The position numbers and the translations under genes were made by a program. This document shows, piece after piece, positions 19,345 to 28,976 of a DNA stretch of 64,000 bases. This DNA comes from an uncultured Actinomycetota bacterium (GTDB taxonomy: Bacteria; Actinomycetota; Actinomycetes; Mycobacteriales; Micromonosporaceae), in the NCBI GenBank assembly GCA_963805605.1, contig CAWDUX010000002.1:119672-183671 (forward strand). The letters run 5' to 3'. The notes below the pieces were generated by a model, which saw only the letters and a list, made by a program, of their open reading frames with translations, did not search any database and had not been told where the DNA came from. How positions within the stretch are numbered: position 1 is the first letter of the stretch; the number at the start of each line of letters is the position of its first letter.

Positions 19345-20190
19345 CTATGTGGCGCTGATCAGCGTCCTGAGCAACGCCAGGGAATCTTCGGGGGAGAGTG
19401 CGACGTCCCGCACGCTGGCCGCAGCCATCCTATAGGTGGCCACGTCGGCCTGGTCCTGTACGTACACGGCGCCGTCGAGCAGTTCCGAGTAGGCGACCGG
19501 CCGTGCGTCCTCGAATTCCAGCACCACGAACTCGCCTGTGACCGCAGCGTGCGGGCCATCCTCGGGACGCACGATCTGGATGGTGACGTTCGGGAGTTCA
19601 GCGTAGGTGATGAGCTGGCGGTACTGCTCATCCCGCACCGCCTGATCGCCGGTACGGAGCCGGAGGGCAGCCTCACCGATGACGGCGTGCAGGTGCAGCG
19701 GCGGGTTCTCGGTCAGCCTGGCGGCTCGGGCCAGTCTGAATGCGACGAAGCGTTCGTTGTGATCGGGCCGTACGAAGCCGGTGGACCGTGTGACCTCGTC
19801 CGCATAGCTCATGGTCTGCAGCAGGCCGGGAATCAGGGTCGGTTCGTAGACGAATTCACTGCGGGCCAAACCTTCGAGGCCGACAAAGGTCCGGAACCAG
19901 TCAGGTACGACGTGGCTCCACGGTGCCCACCAGGTATGTGCGTCCGACTGTCGGGCCAGGGATGTGAGCCGCTCGATGTCGGACGGGTCGGCACGGTAGA
20001 GGCCGAGGAGTTTGGCGACATCGTCGGAGCTCTGCTGATACCGGCCACTCTCCATACTGGACAGCTTTGCCTTGAGGATCCCGGTGCGGCGACCCGCTTC
20101 CGCCTGCGAGAGAGCGGCCTGCTTCCGGTAGTTCGTCAACTCCACACCGATCAGCCAACGCAGAGCAGAGGGGTCACTGCGTTCAACCAT
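19345..20190 (-). CDS. XRE HTH + DUF5753 regulator (WhiJ/Scr1-like)
   Basis: N-terminal HTH; FVGLE, LIPGLLQT..YA, AVIGEAAL, L...AELPNVTIQIV, YSELLDG motifs; directly upstream of the DUF397 genes. Confidence 0.92.
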   Translation of the reverse strand: MVERSDPSALRWLIGVELTNYRKQAALSQAEAGRRTGILKAKLSSMESGRYQQSSDDVAKLLGLYRADPSDIERLTSLARQSDAHTWWAPWSHVVPDWFRTFVGLEGLARSEFVYEPTLIPGLLQTMSYADEVTRSTGFVRPDHNERFVAFRLARAARLTENPPLHLHAVIGEAALRLRTGDQAVRDEQYRQLITYAELPNVTIQIVRPEDGPHAAVTGEFVVLEFEDARPVAYSELLDGAVYVQDQADVATYRMAAASVRDVALSPEDSLALLRTLISAT

Positions 20191-20338
20191 GGTTCTGCCT
20201 TCCGCGTGGCTGGTTTCCGCCCGTTGTCGACTTGGGTCCTACCGAATCCTCCCCGCCGGTCGCAAGTGTCCTCAGCGCGGGTCGGTTACGGCCATCAGGT
20301 GTCCAATAACTGACAGTATGGCAAAGTTGGATTTGATT

Positions 20339-20358
20339 GTTTCGCGAAACGTTTCGCG
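20339..20358. promoter_or_regulatory. Overlapping palindromes GTTTCGCGAAAC / CGCGAAACGTTTCGCG in a divergent promoter
   Basis: Perfect 12-bp and 16-bp palindromes read directly, in an AT-rich intergenic stretch. Confidence 0.55.
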
Positions 20359-20403
20359 TTAGATTCGGACATCGCCGGACAGTCGCCGTGAGCGACCGAG
20401 TGG

Positions 20404-20811
20404 ATGGAGATGGACCGAGTGGATGGAGATGGCATGAGCGGACAACAACCGGAACTGATCACCGGACCAGGCACGATGACCGATGCCGAGATGACTTCGT
20501 TGCTGGAGGAGCTGGCTGCGGACGAGACGCCGAGGTTGGTGGCGCTGTACGACGTTGCGCCCGACAACACTGCGGCGTGCGTGTTTGCCTGGGGCCTGGT
20601 CTTCGACAGCCGGGTGATCCTGGTGCATCCGGGGCCGGAGAAGACCACGTACGGCTCGTTGGGGTCACTGGACCGGGCCCTTCGACTGTTCGGCCGTAGC
20701 GGGCGGCGGCTGCGGATCGTACGACCCCGGGTCGCTCCCGACCGCGACTTCGAGGCGGCCTGGCCCGGCGACGAGGACGAGTACGCCGACCTGCCCGTAC
20801 CGATCGGCTGA
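20404..20811 (+). CDS. Hypothetical protein divergent from the DUF5753 regulator
   Basis: GC3-biased; PRLVALY...VFAWGLVF...ALRLF pattern; start may be 20476. Confidence 0.65.
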   Translation: MEMDRVDGDGMSGQQPELITGPGTMTDAEMTSLLEELAADETPRLVALYDVAPDNTAACVFAWGLVFDSRVILVHPGPEKTTYGSLGSLDRALRLFGRSGRRLRIVRPRVAPDRDFEAAWPGDEDEYADLPVPIG

Positions 20812-20865
20812 ACTTCGGCCGCGCGGCGCCAGGCCAGCCGATCGGCCCGGCGCCGCGGGCTGTAC

Positions 20866-21102
20866 CTACGAGGTGTGCTTCACGAAGGTGCCGCGTTGCG
20901 CCACCGTGAACACGAGATCCCGTCGCCTGAGCTCACCGATGGCATGGCGTACGGTCGCCCGGGCAACGCCGGCCTCCTGAACGAGGCACGCCTCCGACGG
21001 AATCGCCCTGTTCGGTGGGTAGGCACCGGATCTGATCCGACGCTCCAACTCGTCGGCGATCTGCAGGTATACGGCCACCGGTCCGTCCCGATCGAGCTCC
21101 AC
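20866..21102 (-). CDS. Stand-alone GntR-family winged HTH protein, probably leaderless
   Basis: VYLQIADELERRIRSG, IPSE, VARATVRHAI..L, QRGTFV; TACGGT -10-like hexamer 6 nt before the GTG. Confidence 0.85.
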   Translation of the reverse strand: MELDRDGPVAVYLQIADELERRIRSGAYPPNRAIPSEACLVQEAGVARATVRHAIGELRRRDLVFTVAQRGTFVKHTS

Positions 21103-21144
21103 GGGTCAACCGTAGAGACAGACTGCGACATCATGAGCCTGCGT

Positions 21145-21543
21145 CGCGTTGATCATGGCACCAGCGGTGTTGACCATGGCCTCATCGTCACGACACGCCG
21201 ACAGCGGTGGCCTCAATGCCATGATCAACGCGATAACGCTCAACGCCGTTCACTTAAGGACGGCTCCTGCGGCTGGATCCGCCGACGATCCAACCCCACT
21301 GCGCATTTTCCCCGAATAGACAGTTCTGCCCGAATTTTAGAAACGGACTTTCGGGGAATATGCACCTCTGAGCGCATGGAAAAGAGCATTTTTCCCGAAT
21401 GTACCTTTTAGAGAATCGGACCTAAGATCCATTCGGGGAAAATGCTCACCCCCGAGCGAAGGAAAATCGCTCAGAGGCGCGACCTCACTCGCATCGCCGG
21501 AACCTTAAGTGAACGGCGTTGGCGATAACGCCATGATCAACGC
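21145..21543. repeat. Non-coding nested inverted-repeat element (~400 bp; REP/MITE-like or structured RNA)
   Basis: Perfect IR pairs 21145-21160/21217-21232 (16 bp), 21146-21159/21530-21543 (14 bp), 21241-21259/21503-21521 (19 bp), 21303-21317/21431-21445 (15 bp), 21365-21374/21468-21477 (10 bp); four alternating GCATWTTYCCCGAA copies. Confidence 0.85.
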
Positions 21544-21600
21544 CCCGAAGGCCCCGGGCTGGCGCGTCACTCGACGCCCACAACGCTGGCCACATGCAGG

Positions 21601-22830
21601 TCAGAAGGACTCGATGCTGACCGGGGCTCGGTGCCAGCCGAACGCGGTACTCGCCGCCGCCACCGCGCCGGGGCGTTGTTCGGTGACGTGGCCGGCGGCG
21701 GCCAGCGCGGCCAGCGGCGTACCGCCCAGGTAGACGGCGCTGAGCCGGTCGATGTCCAGTACGAGATCCGCCGGCGCCTCGGTGCGTTCACAGTGCGCCG
21801 GGGCGCCCGCCTCGGCGCGCAGCCGCCAGCGGCCCGCGTTGTCGCTGAGCAGGTCGTCGGTGATGTCCAGGACCACGTCGACACCGGCGGCGTACCGGCG
21901 GCCGGTCAACGCGGCCGGCAGGTCCAGGATGCGCAACCACAGCCCGTCACTGGTACGGGCGCTGAGCCGGCGACGCTCGGTCACCAGGTACTGCAGCGGC
22001 TCGTCCACCGCGGCGAGGCTGTACTCGACCCGCCGGCTCAGGTCGATGCTGCACACGTACTGCCACAGCTGCCGGTACGCGGCCAGATCGGCGGCGACCA
22101 GCTCCTCGACGTTCACCACGTGCTGCGGGCCGCTGTCGTCACCGTCACGCCGGATCCGGAACAGCGCATAGCCGTCCGGCCCGTCCGGTCCCTCGTGCAG
22201 GACGGTACGCAGCCTGGAACGACCCCGCCGCCACGACTCCAGGTCGGCGCTCCAGTAGCGCCACCACTGCATCGGGCGGGCCGAGTAGCCGGGCCGGTCC
22301 CGACGGGCCGCGTCGAGAATCCCCGCGACCGTGTCGATGAACTCGGCAAGTTCCACCTCCCGCAGCTGGCCGTCCGGCGGGCCGGACAGCACGGTCAGCT
22401 CCCGGGTGTGCGCCGAGTACGCCACCGCCGAGCTGGCCGGCCCGTACCCGTACCGGCCGTAGATGGCCTCCTCGCTGGGCCACAGGATCGCGACCGGCTC
22501 GGTGCCGGTGGCGTGCAGGTCGGTCAGTTGCCGACGCATCAGCCGACTCAGCAGCCCGCGGCGGCGGTGGGTGCCGGCCACCCCGACGGCGGTGACGTGC
22601 GCGGCCGGCAGCAGGCCGCCCGGGACGCTGAACTCCCGGCCGAAGGACAGGGCGGTACCTACCACCCCGTCCCTTTCGTGGATGACGGCCAGGGTCCGCG
22701 GCAGGTCGATCAGGCCGCGCTCCAGCTGCGCCTCGTCGGCGTCGTAGTCCTTGCCGAACGCCCGTGCGAAGCAGCGGCAGAACGCTACGTACTCGTCCTC
22801 GGTGATCGGGCGGAGCTGATAGGGACTCAT
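21601..22830 (-). CDS. Eis-family (enhanced intracellular survival) GNAT acetyltransferase
   Basis: VTAVGVAGTHRRRGLL, SEEAIYGRYGYG, LWLRILDLPAAL..RRY, SCP2-like C-terminus ending in Phe. Confidence 0.9.
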   Translation of the reverse strand: MSPYQLRPITEDEYVAFCRCFARAFGKDYDADEAQLERGLIDLPRTLAVIHERDGVVGTALSFGREFSVPGGLLPAAHVTAVGVAGTHRRRGLLSRLMRRQLTDLHATGTEPVAILWPSEEAIYGRYGYGPASSAVAYSAHTRELTVLSGPPDGQLREVELAEFIDTVAGILDAARRDRPGYSARPMQWWRYWSADLESWRRGRSRLRTVLHEGPDGPDGYALFRIRRDGDDSGPQHVVNVEELVAADLAAYRQLWQYVCSIDLSRRVEYSLAAVDEPLQYLVTERRRLSARTSDGLWLRILDLPAALTGRRYAAGVDVVLDITDDLLSDNAGRWRLRAEAGAPAHCERTEAPADLVLDIDRLSAVYLGGTPLAALAAAGHVTEQRPGAVAAASTAFGWHRAPVSIESF

Positions 22831-23009
22831 GCCCACTGTGTATCCCACCGGAGGGCGTACTGCGTGCGGTTTATCCGGCCGCTGGTGGGTATTCCCCCAG
22901 ATCACCTGGGGGTTTGCCCGGAACTGGTGGAATCGGACTGACCGGGCGGGGCCGGTTCGCGCACGCTGGATACCCTCGACAGGCAGGAAATGACGAGGGG
23001 GGAGCCGCG

Positions 23010-25046
23010 GTGGAGCGGGATGTGGAACTGCTCGACCTGGTCTGCGGGCCCGCCAGCCCGCTGCCCGAGACCCATCAGCGCTACCGGCTGGTCCAGCACA
23101 TCGCCACCGGCGGCCAGGCCGAGGTCTACCGGGCCGTACGGCTGTCCGGGGGGATCAGTTCCGCGCCGGTGACGGTCAAGGTCTTCCGGCTCAACGACAG
23201 CCGGCCCCGCGCCGACCAGCTGCGGTCCTGGGACAAGGGCGACGCGGTGCTGATGGACCTCAACAGCCGTGGCGTACCGGGCATCTGCCGGCGCGCCGAC
23301 GGCTTCTACGGCCCGGCGCCGCACCCGCCGAACCGCAAGCCGAAGGGCAATCCGGAGCCCTACCAGGTGCTCGACTACCTGCCCGGCACCAACCTGCGCG
23401 ACTACGTCCGGGAACAGGCCAGCGGCCAGGCATCCGGCGACAGCCGGCTGGATGCGGTCGGCACCCTGGACACGCTCGTACGTGTCCTGCTCGCGCTGCA
23501 TCACCCGGCCGAACCGGGCGCCTCGGCGGTCGTGCACATGGACATCAAGCCGTCCAACGTGATGGTGCTGCCCAACGGCGAGGTCCGGCTGATCGACTTC
23601 ACCGGCGCCCGCTACTACCGCCGCAACCACATCACCACGATCGCCTACACGCGGGAGGCCGGCGGCCCGGAGGCCTTCAGCGGCCAGGTCGGCACCGCCT
23701 ACGACGTACACGGGTTCGGCGCGGTGGCCTACTACATGGTCACCGGCGCGTTCCCGCGTACCGAGTCACCGGCACAGCGGCAGGGCCCCGCCGACCAGCC
23801 GCTGCCGCCCTGGGCGGTGTTGCGCCGTCATCCCGTGCTCGACGCTCAACCGAGGCTGCGCGAGCACCTGCTCGCCCCGCTTGCCGACCAGCCCGAGGAC
23901 CGGCCCGGCACCGAGGAACTGACCGCGTGGACGGCTCGGCTGGCCGACCTGGTGGAGCGGTCCGAAACACCTGATGTGGGGCTGTTCTGGGGGGTTGCCC
24001 GCTCGGCGCGGGTGGTCGGACGGGCCAATGTGGAGCCGGTCACGGCGTCCGGCGACGGCACGTGGAACCGGATCGAGCGGCTGGAGCAGGAGATCGTCGA
24101 ACTGCGGGCGGCGTTGACCGATCCGGCCCAGCCGGCCCAGTCCACTCAGCGGGCCGAGGCCGGCAGTCCGGTCGGCGCCGGCTCGGCCAGCCGGCCCGGC
24201 GCGGTGGGGAATGCCGCCGCGAGCAAAGTTGCTGGTCAGGCGGGTCGAACGGGGTCGAACGCCACCGCTGCGGCGGCAATGTCGGCGGCGGACGGGCCGC
24301 TGTGGCCGGACCGCCCGGACGAGCAGAACCCCCGCACCAAGCGAATGGACCGTGACGAACCGACGGTACGCAACTCCCGCTCCGGACCGGCCGCGGGCAA
24401 CGGTCGGCCCGACCGCACGGTGCGTGCCGAGCTGGCCGGGGCGGACCGCACCCGGGTGAACGGGTCGGTGCCCGGCCCGGGACAGCAGAGTGGCGGATCC
24501 GGCACCCGGGTTATGCCCGGGCCCGGGCAGCAGAACGGCCCCGGTCAGGGCGGCCCTGGCCAGAGCCGGCCGCCTCAGCAGCAACAGCCGGTGCCCGGCA
24601 TGCGCGGTGTTGCGGCGGTGCCGAGTCCGGCGACCCGTCGGCGGGACGACGACACCGGGCCGGCTGAGCCGGAGCAACGCGAGCCGCTGCGACCGCTGCC
24701 GGGGGCCCGGCTGGACACGCTGCGTCGCGGCATGGGTCTGTCGGTGACGGGTGCGCTGTTCTCCTTCGTCTGCTGGGGGATCTGGGCGATCGACAACCGG
24801 CACGCATCGTTTGCCGGTAACGCGATGATGTTCGTGGTCGTACTGGCCATCGCGGTGGGTCTGTTCGCGCTCTGTCGGCTGGTGGGTCGGCTGGTGATCG
24901 AGGGGATGATGCGTCGGTCCCGGGCGAGCGCGCGGCTGTCACACCTCGCGGTCGCCATCTTCCTGGTGGCCACAGGCATCAGCTTCGCCGGGCGGGTCAG
25001 CTGGGTGGAGGTCGCGTACCACTGGATCCGGGTGCAGCTGCGCTAG
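23010..25046 (+). CDS. Atypical Hanks-like protein kinase with low-complexity linker and C-terminal TM helices
   Basis: ATGGQAEVY loop, VTVKVF, HMDIKPSN, IDFTG (DFG variant), DVHGFG; 3 C-terminal hydrophobic segments. Confidence 0.8.
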   Translation: MERDVELLDLVCGPASPLPETHQRYRLVQHIATGGQAEVYRAVRLSGGISSAPVTVKVFRLNDSRPRADQLRSWDKGDAVLMDLNSRGVPGICRRADGFYGPAPHPPNRKPKGNPEPYQVLDYLPGTNLRDYVREQASGQASGDSRLDAVGTLDTLVRVLLALHHPAEPGASAVVHMDIKPSNVMVLPNGEVRLIDFTGARYYRRNHITTIAYTREAGGPEAFSGQVGTAYDVHGFGAVAYYMVTGAFPRTESPAQRQGPADQPLPPWAVLRRHPVLDAQPRLREHLLAPLADQPEDRPGTEELTAWTARLADLVERSETPDVGLFWGVARSARVVGRANVEPVTASGDGTWNRIERLEQEIVELRAALTDPAQPAQSTQRAEAGSPVGAGSASRPGAVGNAAASKVAGQAGRTGSNATAAAAMSAADGPLWPDRPDEQNPRTKRMDRDEPTVRNSRSGPAAGNGRPDRTVRAELAGADRTRVNGSVPGPGQQSGGSGTRVMPGPGQQNGPGQGGPGQSRPPQQQQPVPGMRGVAAVPSPATRRRDDDTGPAEPEQREPLRPLPGARLDTLRRGMGLSVTGALFSFVCWGIWAIDNRHASFAGNAMMFVVVLAIAVGLFALCRLVGRLVIEGMMRRSRASARLSHLAVAIFLVATGISFAGRVSWVEVAYHWIRVQLR

Positions 25047-25447
25047 CGGGGTCAGGTCGAGCAGAGCGGCCCCGGTCGGGCGGAAACCGCAGGAGCGGTA
25101 GAACCCGGACAGGTGCGGCTCGTAGTCCACGTGCAACCAGCCCGCTCCAGACCGCCGGGCCGCGTCGGCCGCGGCGCGGACCAGTCGGGTGCCCAGCCCG
25201 TTGCGCTGCTCGTCGGGATGCACGGTGGTGTCGAGCAGGAAGGCGTGTACACCGCCGTCCGTGGCGACGTTGACGAAGCCGACCAGCCGCGTGCCCCGGC
25301 GCGCGGTGACCCAGGTCAGGCTGCGGGCCAGGATCGATATCCAGTCGGTGTGCCGGCCTGCGGCCAGGCGGCCGCGAACAACTCGTCCAGTTCGGTGTCG
25401 GTTGCCGCGCACCGGACATTCAACGATGGCTGGTCGGTTGCGTCCAT
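24939..25447 (-). pseudogene. GNAT acetyltransferase, frameshifted near 25365
   Basis: MDATD...LDELFAAAWP in one frame; HTDWISILARSLTWV...GFVNVATDGGVHAFLLDTTVHP...GLGTRL in another; the 3' frame runs ~107 bp into the kinase gene. Confidence 0.65.
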
Positions 25448-25500
25448 GTCGCCAGCCTGCCAGGTGGGGCGGAGCTCGCGGGCCGTGTAGGGTGGCGCAC

Positions 25501-25618
25501 GCGAAGGGGAGTAGCCCTCAACGTCGCGGTCGACATACTGGCGCTCCAGCGCCCGGCCGCACGGCCTGAGCGCTGCGGGCGGTTGTCGCCCGGACGGCCA
25601 GGCGGGCGAGACCTTCGA
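25501..25618 (+). ncRNA. yybP-ykoY manganese riboswitch
   Basis: AAGGGGAGTAGC, GTCGACATAC and GCGAGACC conserved blocks; CGAAGG/CCTTCG closing stem; lies upstream of a GDT1-family exporter. Confidence 0.85.
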
Positions 25619-25683
25619 TCCGGTAGGCGTACCGGATCGAGGTCACCCCGTGTCCCGGTCCGGTCTTGGACCGAAAGGTGACC

Positions 25684-26271
25684 ATGTCCGCGATCTGGGC
25701 AAGCCTCGCGCTGAGTTTCGGCGTGATCTTCATAGCCGAGCTGGGCGACAAGTCCCAGCTGATGGCGTTGACCTTCGCCACCCGCTACCGCTGGTTGCCG
25801 GTACTGGCCGGCATCAGCATCGCCACCGCGCTGGTGCACGCGGTCTCGGTCGGCATCGGCTACGGACTCGGCGCGGTACTGCCGACCGGCTGGATCTCCC
25901 TGGTGGCGGCGCTCGCCTTCCTGGCCTTCGCCGCCTGGACCCTGCGCGGTGACAAGCTCACCGCCGAGGAAGAACAGAAAGCGAACCGCAGCACCGGCTC
26001 CGCCATGGTCGCCGTGGGCGTTGCGTTCTTCCTGGCAGAACTGGGCGACAAGACGATGCTCGCGACGATCACCTTGGCCACCCAGCACGGCTGGTTCGGC
26101 ACCTGGCTGGGTTCCACTCTGGGCATGGTGGCCGCGGACGCGCTGGCGATCCTGGTCGGTCGGTTGCTGGGCCGCAATCTGCCGGAGAAGCTGATCCGGT
26201 ACGTGGCCGCCGCCCTGTTCCTGATCTTCGGGGTGTGGCTGCTGATCGAGGCGATCCGGCAGCTCACCTGA
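25684..26271 (+). CDS. TMEM165/GDT1 (UPF0016) family Mn2+/Ca2+ exporter
   Basis: Two ELGDK(S/T) repeats; about 6 TM helices; AAAGGTG RBS. Confidence 0.95.
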   Translation: MSAIWASLALSFGVIFIAELGDKSQLMALTFATRYRWLPVLAGISIATALVHAVSVGIGYGLGAVLPTGWISLVAALAFLAFAAWTLRGDKLTAEEEQKANRSTGSAMVAVGVAFFLAELGDKTMLATITLATQHGWFGTWLGSTLGMVAADALAILVGRLLGRNLPEKLIRYVAAALFLIFGVWLLIEAIRQLT

Positions 26272-26386
26272 CCGTCGGTCGAGGGGCGGTGGCGCGCAGT
26301 CACTGCCGCATTTCGATCCTGCCCGGGTTGGTGCCACCGGGCAGGTAGATGGAGGCCGTCATCTCCGCGGTGGAAGGACAACGGGC

Positions 26387-27794
26387 ATGTACGACTACGA
26401 CCTGCTGGTCCTCGGATCCGGCCCCGGCGGGCAGAAGGCGGCCATCGCCGCCGCCAAGCTCGGCCGGCGGGCCGCGATCGTGGAGCGACGCACGATGGTG
26501 GGCGGGGTGTGCATCAACACCGGCACTATCCCCTCCAAGACCCTCCGCGAGGCGGTGCTCTACCTCACCGGCCGTAGCCAGCAGGAGTTCTACGGCTACA
26601 GCTACCGGCTGAAGGAGGACATCTCCATCGGGGATCTGACCACCCGGACCCATCACGTGATCGGCCGGGAGATCGACGTGATCCGCAGTCAGCTGGCCCG
26701 CAACCGGGTTGTCCTGCATCCGGGTACCGGACGGTTCGTCGACCCGCACACCGTGGCGGTCGCCGACGAGACCGGCGAGGAGCGGCAGCTGACCGCGGCG
26801 AACATCGTCATCGCGGTGGGCACCCGCCCGGCCCGACCGTCCACTGTCGACTTCGACGGCAGCACAGTGGTCGACTCCGACCAGATCCTGTCCATGGACC
26901 GGATCCCGGGTTCGATGGTGGTGGTCGGCGCTGGTGTCATCGGTATCGAGTACGCCTCGATGTTCGCCGCCCTGGGCACCAAGGTCACGGTGGTCGAACG
27001 CCGCGAGCGGATGCTCGACATGTGCGACCTGGAGGTGGTCGAGGCACTGAAGTACCAGCTGCGCGACCTGGCGGTGACGTTCCGGTTCCGGGAGACCGTG
27101 GCGGCGGTGGAGCGGCACGCCGGCGGCACGTTGACCTCGCTGGAGTCCGGCAAGAGGATACCCGCCGACACGGTCATGTACTCCGCCGGGCGCCAGGGCG
27201 TGACCGACACGCTGGATCTGGCCAATGCCGGGCTGGGCGCCGACCCGCGCGGCCGTATCGAGGTCGACGAGCACTACCGGACCAAGGTCGGGCACATCTA
27301 CGCGGTCGGCGACGTGATCGGCTTCCCGGCGCTGGCGGCGACATCGATGGAGCAGGGCCGCCGCGCGGCCTACCACGCCTGCGGTGAGCCGGTGGCCGGC
27401 ACACTCAGCGCCCTGCAACCGATCGGCATCTACACGATTCCCGAGATCAGCTACGTCGGGCGGACCGAGGACGAGCTGACCGAGCGCGTCCGTACCGTTC
27501 GAGGTGGGGGTGTCGCGCTACCGGGAACTGGCCCGCGGCGCGATCCTCGGCGACTCGTACGGGATGCTCAAACTGCTGGTGCACGCCGAGACCGGGGCGT
27601 TGCTGGGGGTGCACGTGTTCGGCACCGGCGCCACCGAACTCGTCCACATCGGACAGACTGTGATGGGCTGCGGCGGCACGGTGGAGTATCTGGTCGACGC
27701 GGTGTTCAACTATCCGACGCTGGCCGAGTCGTACAAGGTCGCGGCGCTGGATGCGATGAACAAGATGCGCGCGGTCGCCCGGTTCGCGGACTGA
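26387..27794 (+). pseudogene. sthA: Soluble (Si-specific) pyridine nucleotide transhydrogenase, +1 frameshift near 27485
   Basis: [35 protein letters not shown]; removing one C joins TEDELTE to [18 protein letters not shown] and gives 469 codons. Confidence 0.85.
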
Positions 27795-27802
27795 CGGACC
27801 GG

Positions 27803-27832
27803 CCCGGGGTCGGGCCGCGGCTCGACCCCGGG
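27803..27832. terminator. GC-rich hairpin between convergent genes
   Basis: CCCGGGGTCGGGCC/GGCTCGACCCCGGG inverted repeat. Confidence 0.6.
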
Positions 27833-27842
27833 TGGCGGTCGG

Positions 27843-28299
27843 TCAGCGCTTGTGCGCGCCGGCGACGGCCCGGGTGGCCACGTTGAGCCGGTTCCAGATG
27901 TTGATCAACGAGATGGTGAGCACCAGGCCGGCCAGCTCCCGCTCGTCGTAGTGCTTCGCCGCGTCGGCCCAGACGTCCTCGGGCACCGGGTCGACGCTGT
28001 CCGCGATACGGGTCGTGGCCTCGGTCAACGCCAGGGCGGCCCGCTCGGCGTCGGTGAAGTACGGCGCGTCGCGCCAGCCGGCGACGGTGAAGATCCGCTC
28101 GTCGCTCTCACCGTCCTTGCGCATGTCGGTGGCGTGCATCTCCAGGCAGACCGCGCAGCCGTTGATCTGGCTGGCGCGCAGGTAGATCAGGTTACGCAGG
28201 GACTCCGGCACGGTGTCGCTGGTCATCGTCGCGAGGTCGGTCAAGGACCTTCCTCGCCTCGGGATAGATCCGGACCGGATGGGTGATGCGTGCGTCCAC
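27843..28299 (-). pseudogene. Carboxymuconolactone decarboxylase/AhpD-like protein, +1 frameshift near 28247
   Basis: GAAGGAG RBS then GTG-DARITHPVRIYPEARKV; shifted frame LTDLA...LRASQINGCAVC...FTDAERAALALTE; 152 codons if one C is removed. Confidence 0.8.
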
Positions 28300-28447
28300 G
28301 GCTGGTCTCCTTCGTCGAAGGATTGTTGTCGGTCACTGATATGACCAGACCTGACGTCGAAACGTGACGGGTTGGTCGCAACTTTCGACGAGATTTGAAC
28401 GCCGTGCGGGGCACGCGGCCGGATCTGACCGGCTTTCGCCGCAACGG

Positions 28448-28801
28448 TCAGCGGCGGAAGCCGGCCGGATCGGCGAGATAGCGGTCCAGGTCGGGATCCT
28501 CGTGCATCTGCTCGGTGCAGTCGTGCAGCACCCAGTCGGCGCCGAGCTCGGTACGTAGCCGCACCACCAGATCGCGTACCGCCGTGTTGAACCGCTCGCA
28601 CTCCGGTTCCCGCCACGGCCCGGGATCGGGTGGGTAGTCGCGGTTGAGCGCCGTGTCGTACCAGTCGACGAGGCGCAGCAGCTCGGCGCGCAGGGTCGCG
28701 CTGACCGGGAGCTGTTCCGGGTCCGCCCAGCAGTCCGCCGCGTCCTCGAGCCAGACGCAGGTACCGGAGCCGTGGTCGAAGTAGACGTTCGCGGCGGGCA
28801 T
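28448..28801 (-). CDS. Hypothetical acidic protein
   Basis: GC3-biased 117-aa ORF. Confidence 0.65.
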   Translation of the reverse strand: MPAANVYFDHGSGTCVWLEDAADCWADPEQLPVSATLRAELLRLVDWYDTALNRDYPPDPGPWREPECERFNTAVRDLVVRLRTELGADWVLHDCTEQMHEDPDLDRYLADPAGFRR

Positions 28802-28976
28802 GCCTCAGCCTGATGCGGCCACCCGTCCTAGGTCAAACGGTCAGGGCAGGGCGGTACATACCATGCGTCACCGGTTCGGGTACTCAGGCGCGATGTGAGT
28901 ATGCCGACCCTGTTCTGCGCCGTTTGGGTCCTGGAAGGATCGGCTGTGTTGGTAACACCTTTTGAAGGGACCCACA

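Noticed and set aside
21300-21450. Periodic repeats as a CRISPR array
   Set aside because: Copies alternate in orientation, there are only four, and no cas genes are present
22894-22912. CCCCCAG-N5-CTGGGGG palindrome between eis and the kinase
   Set aside because: Short and GC-only, so expected by chance; no adjacent regulator
27480-27500. Programmed ribosomal frameshifting in sthA, CMD or the kinase
   Set aside because: No slippery heptamers or stimulators seen; these families are normally single-frame
28330-28375. ECF41-like promoter upstream of the CMD gene
   Set aside because: Only a loose GTCAC...CGTC resemblance and no ECF sigma gene nearby
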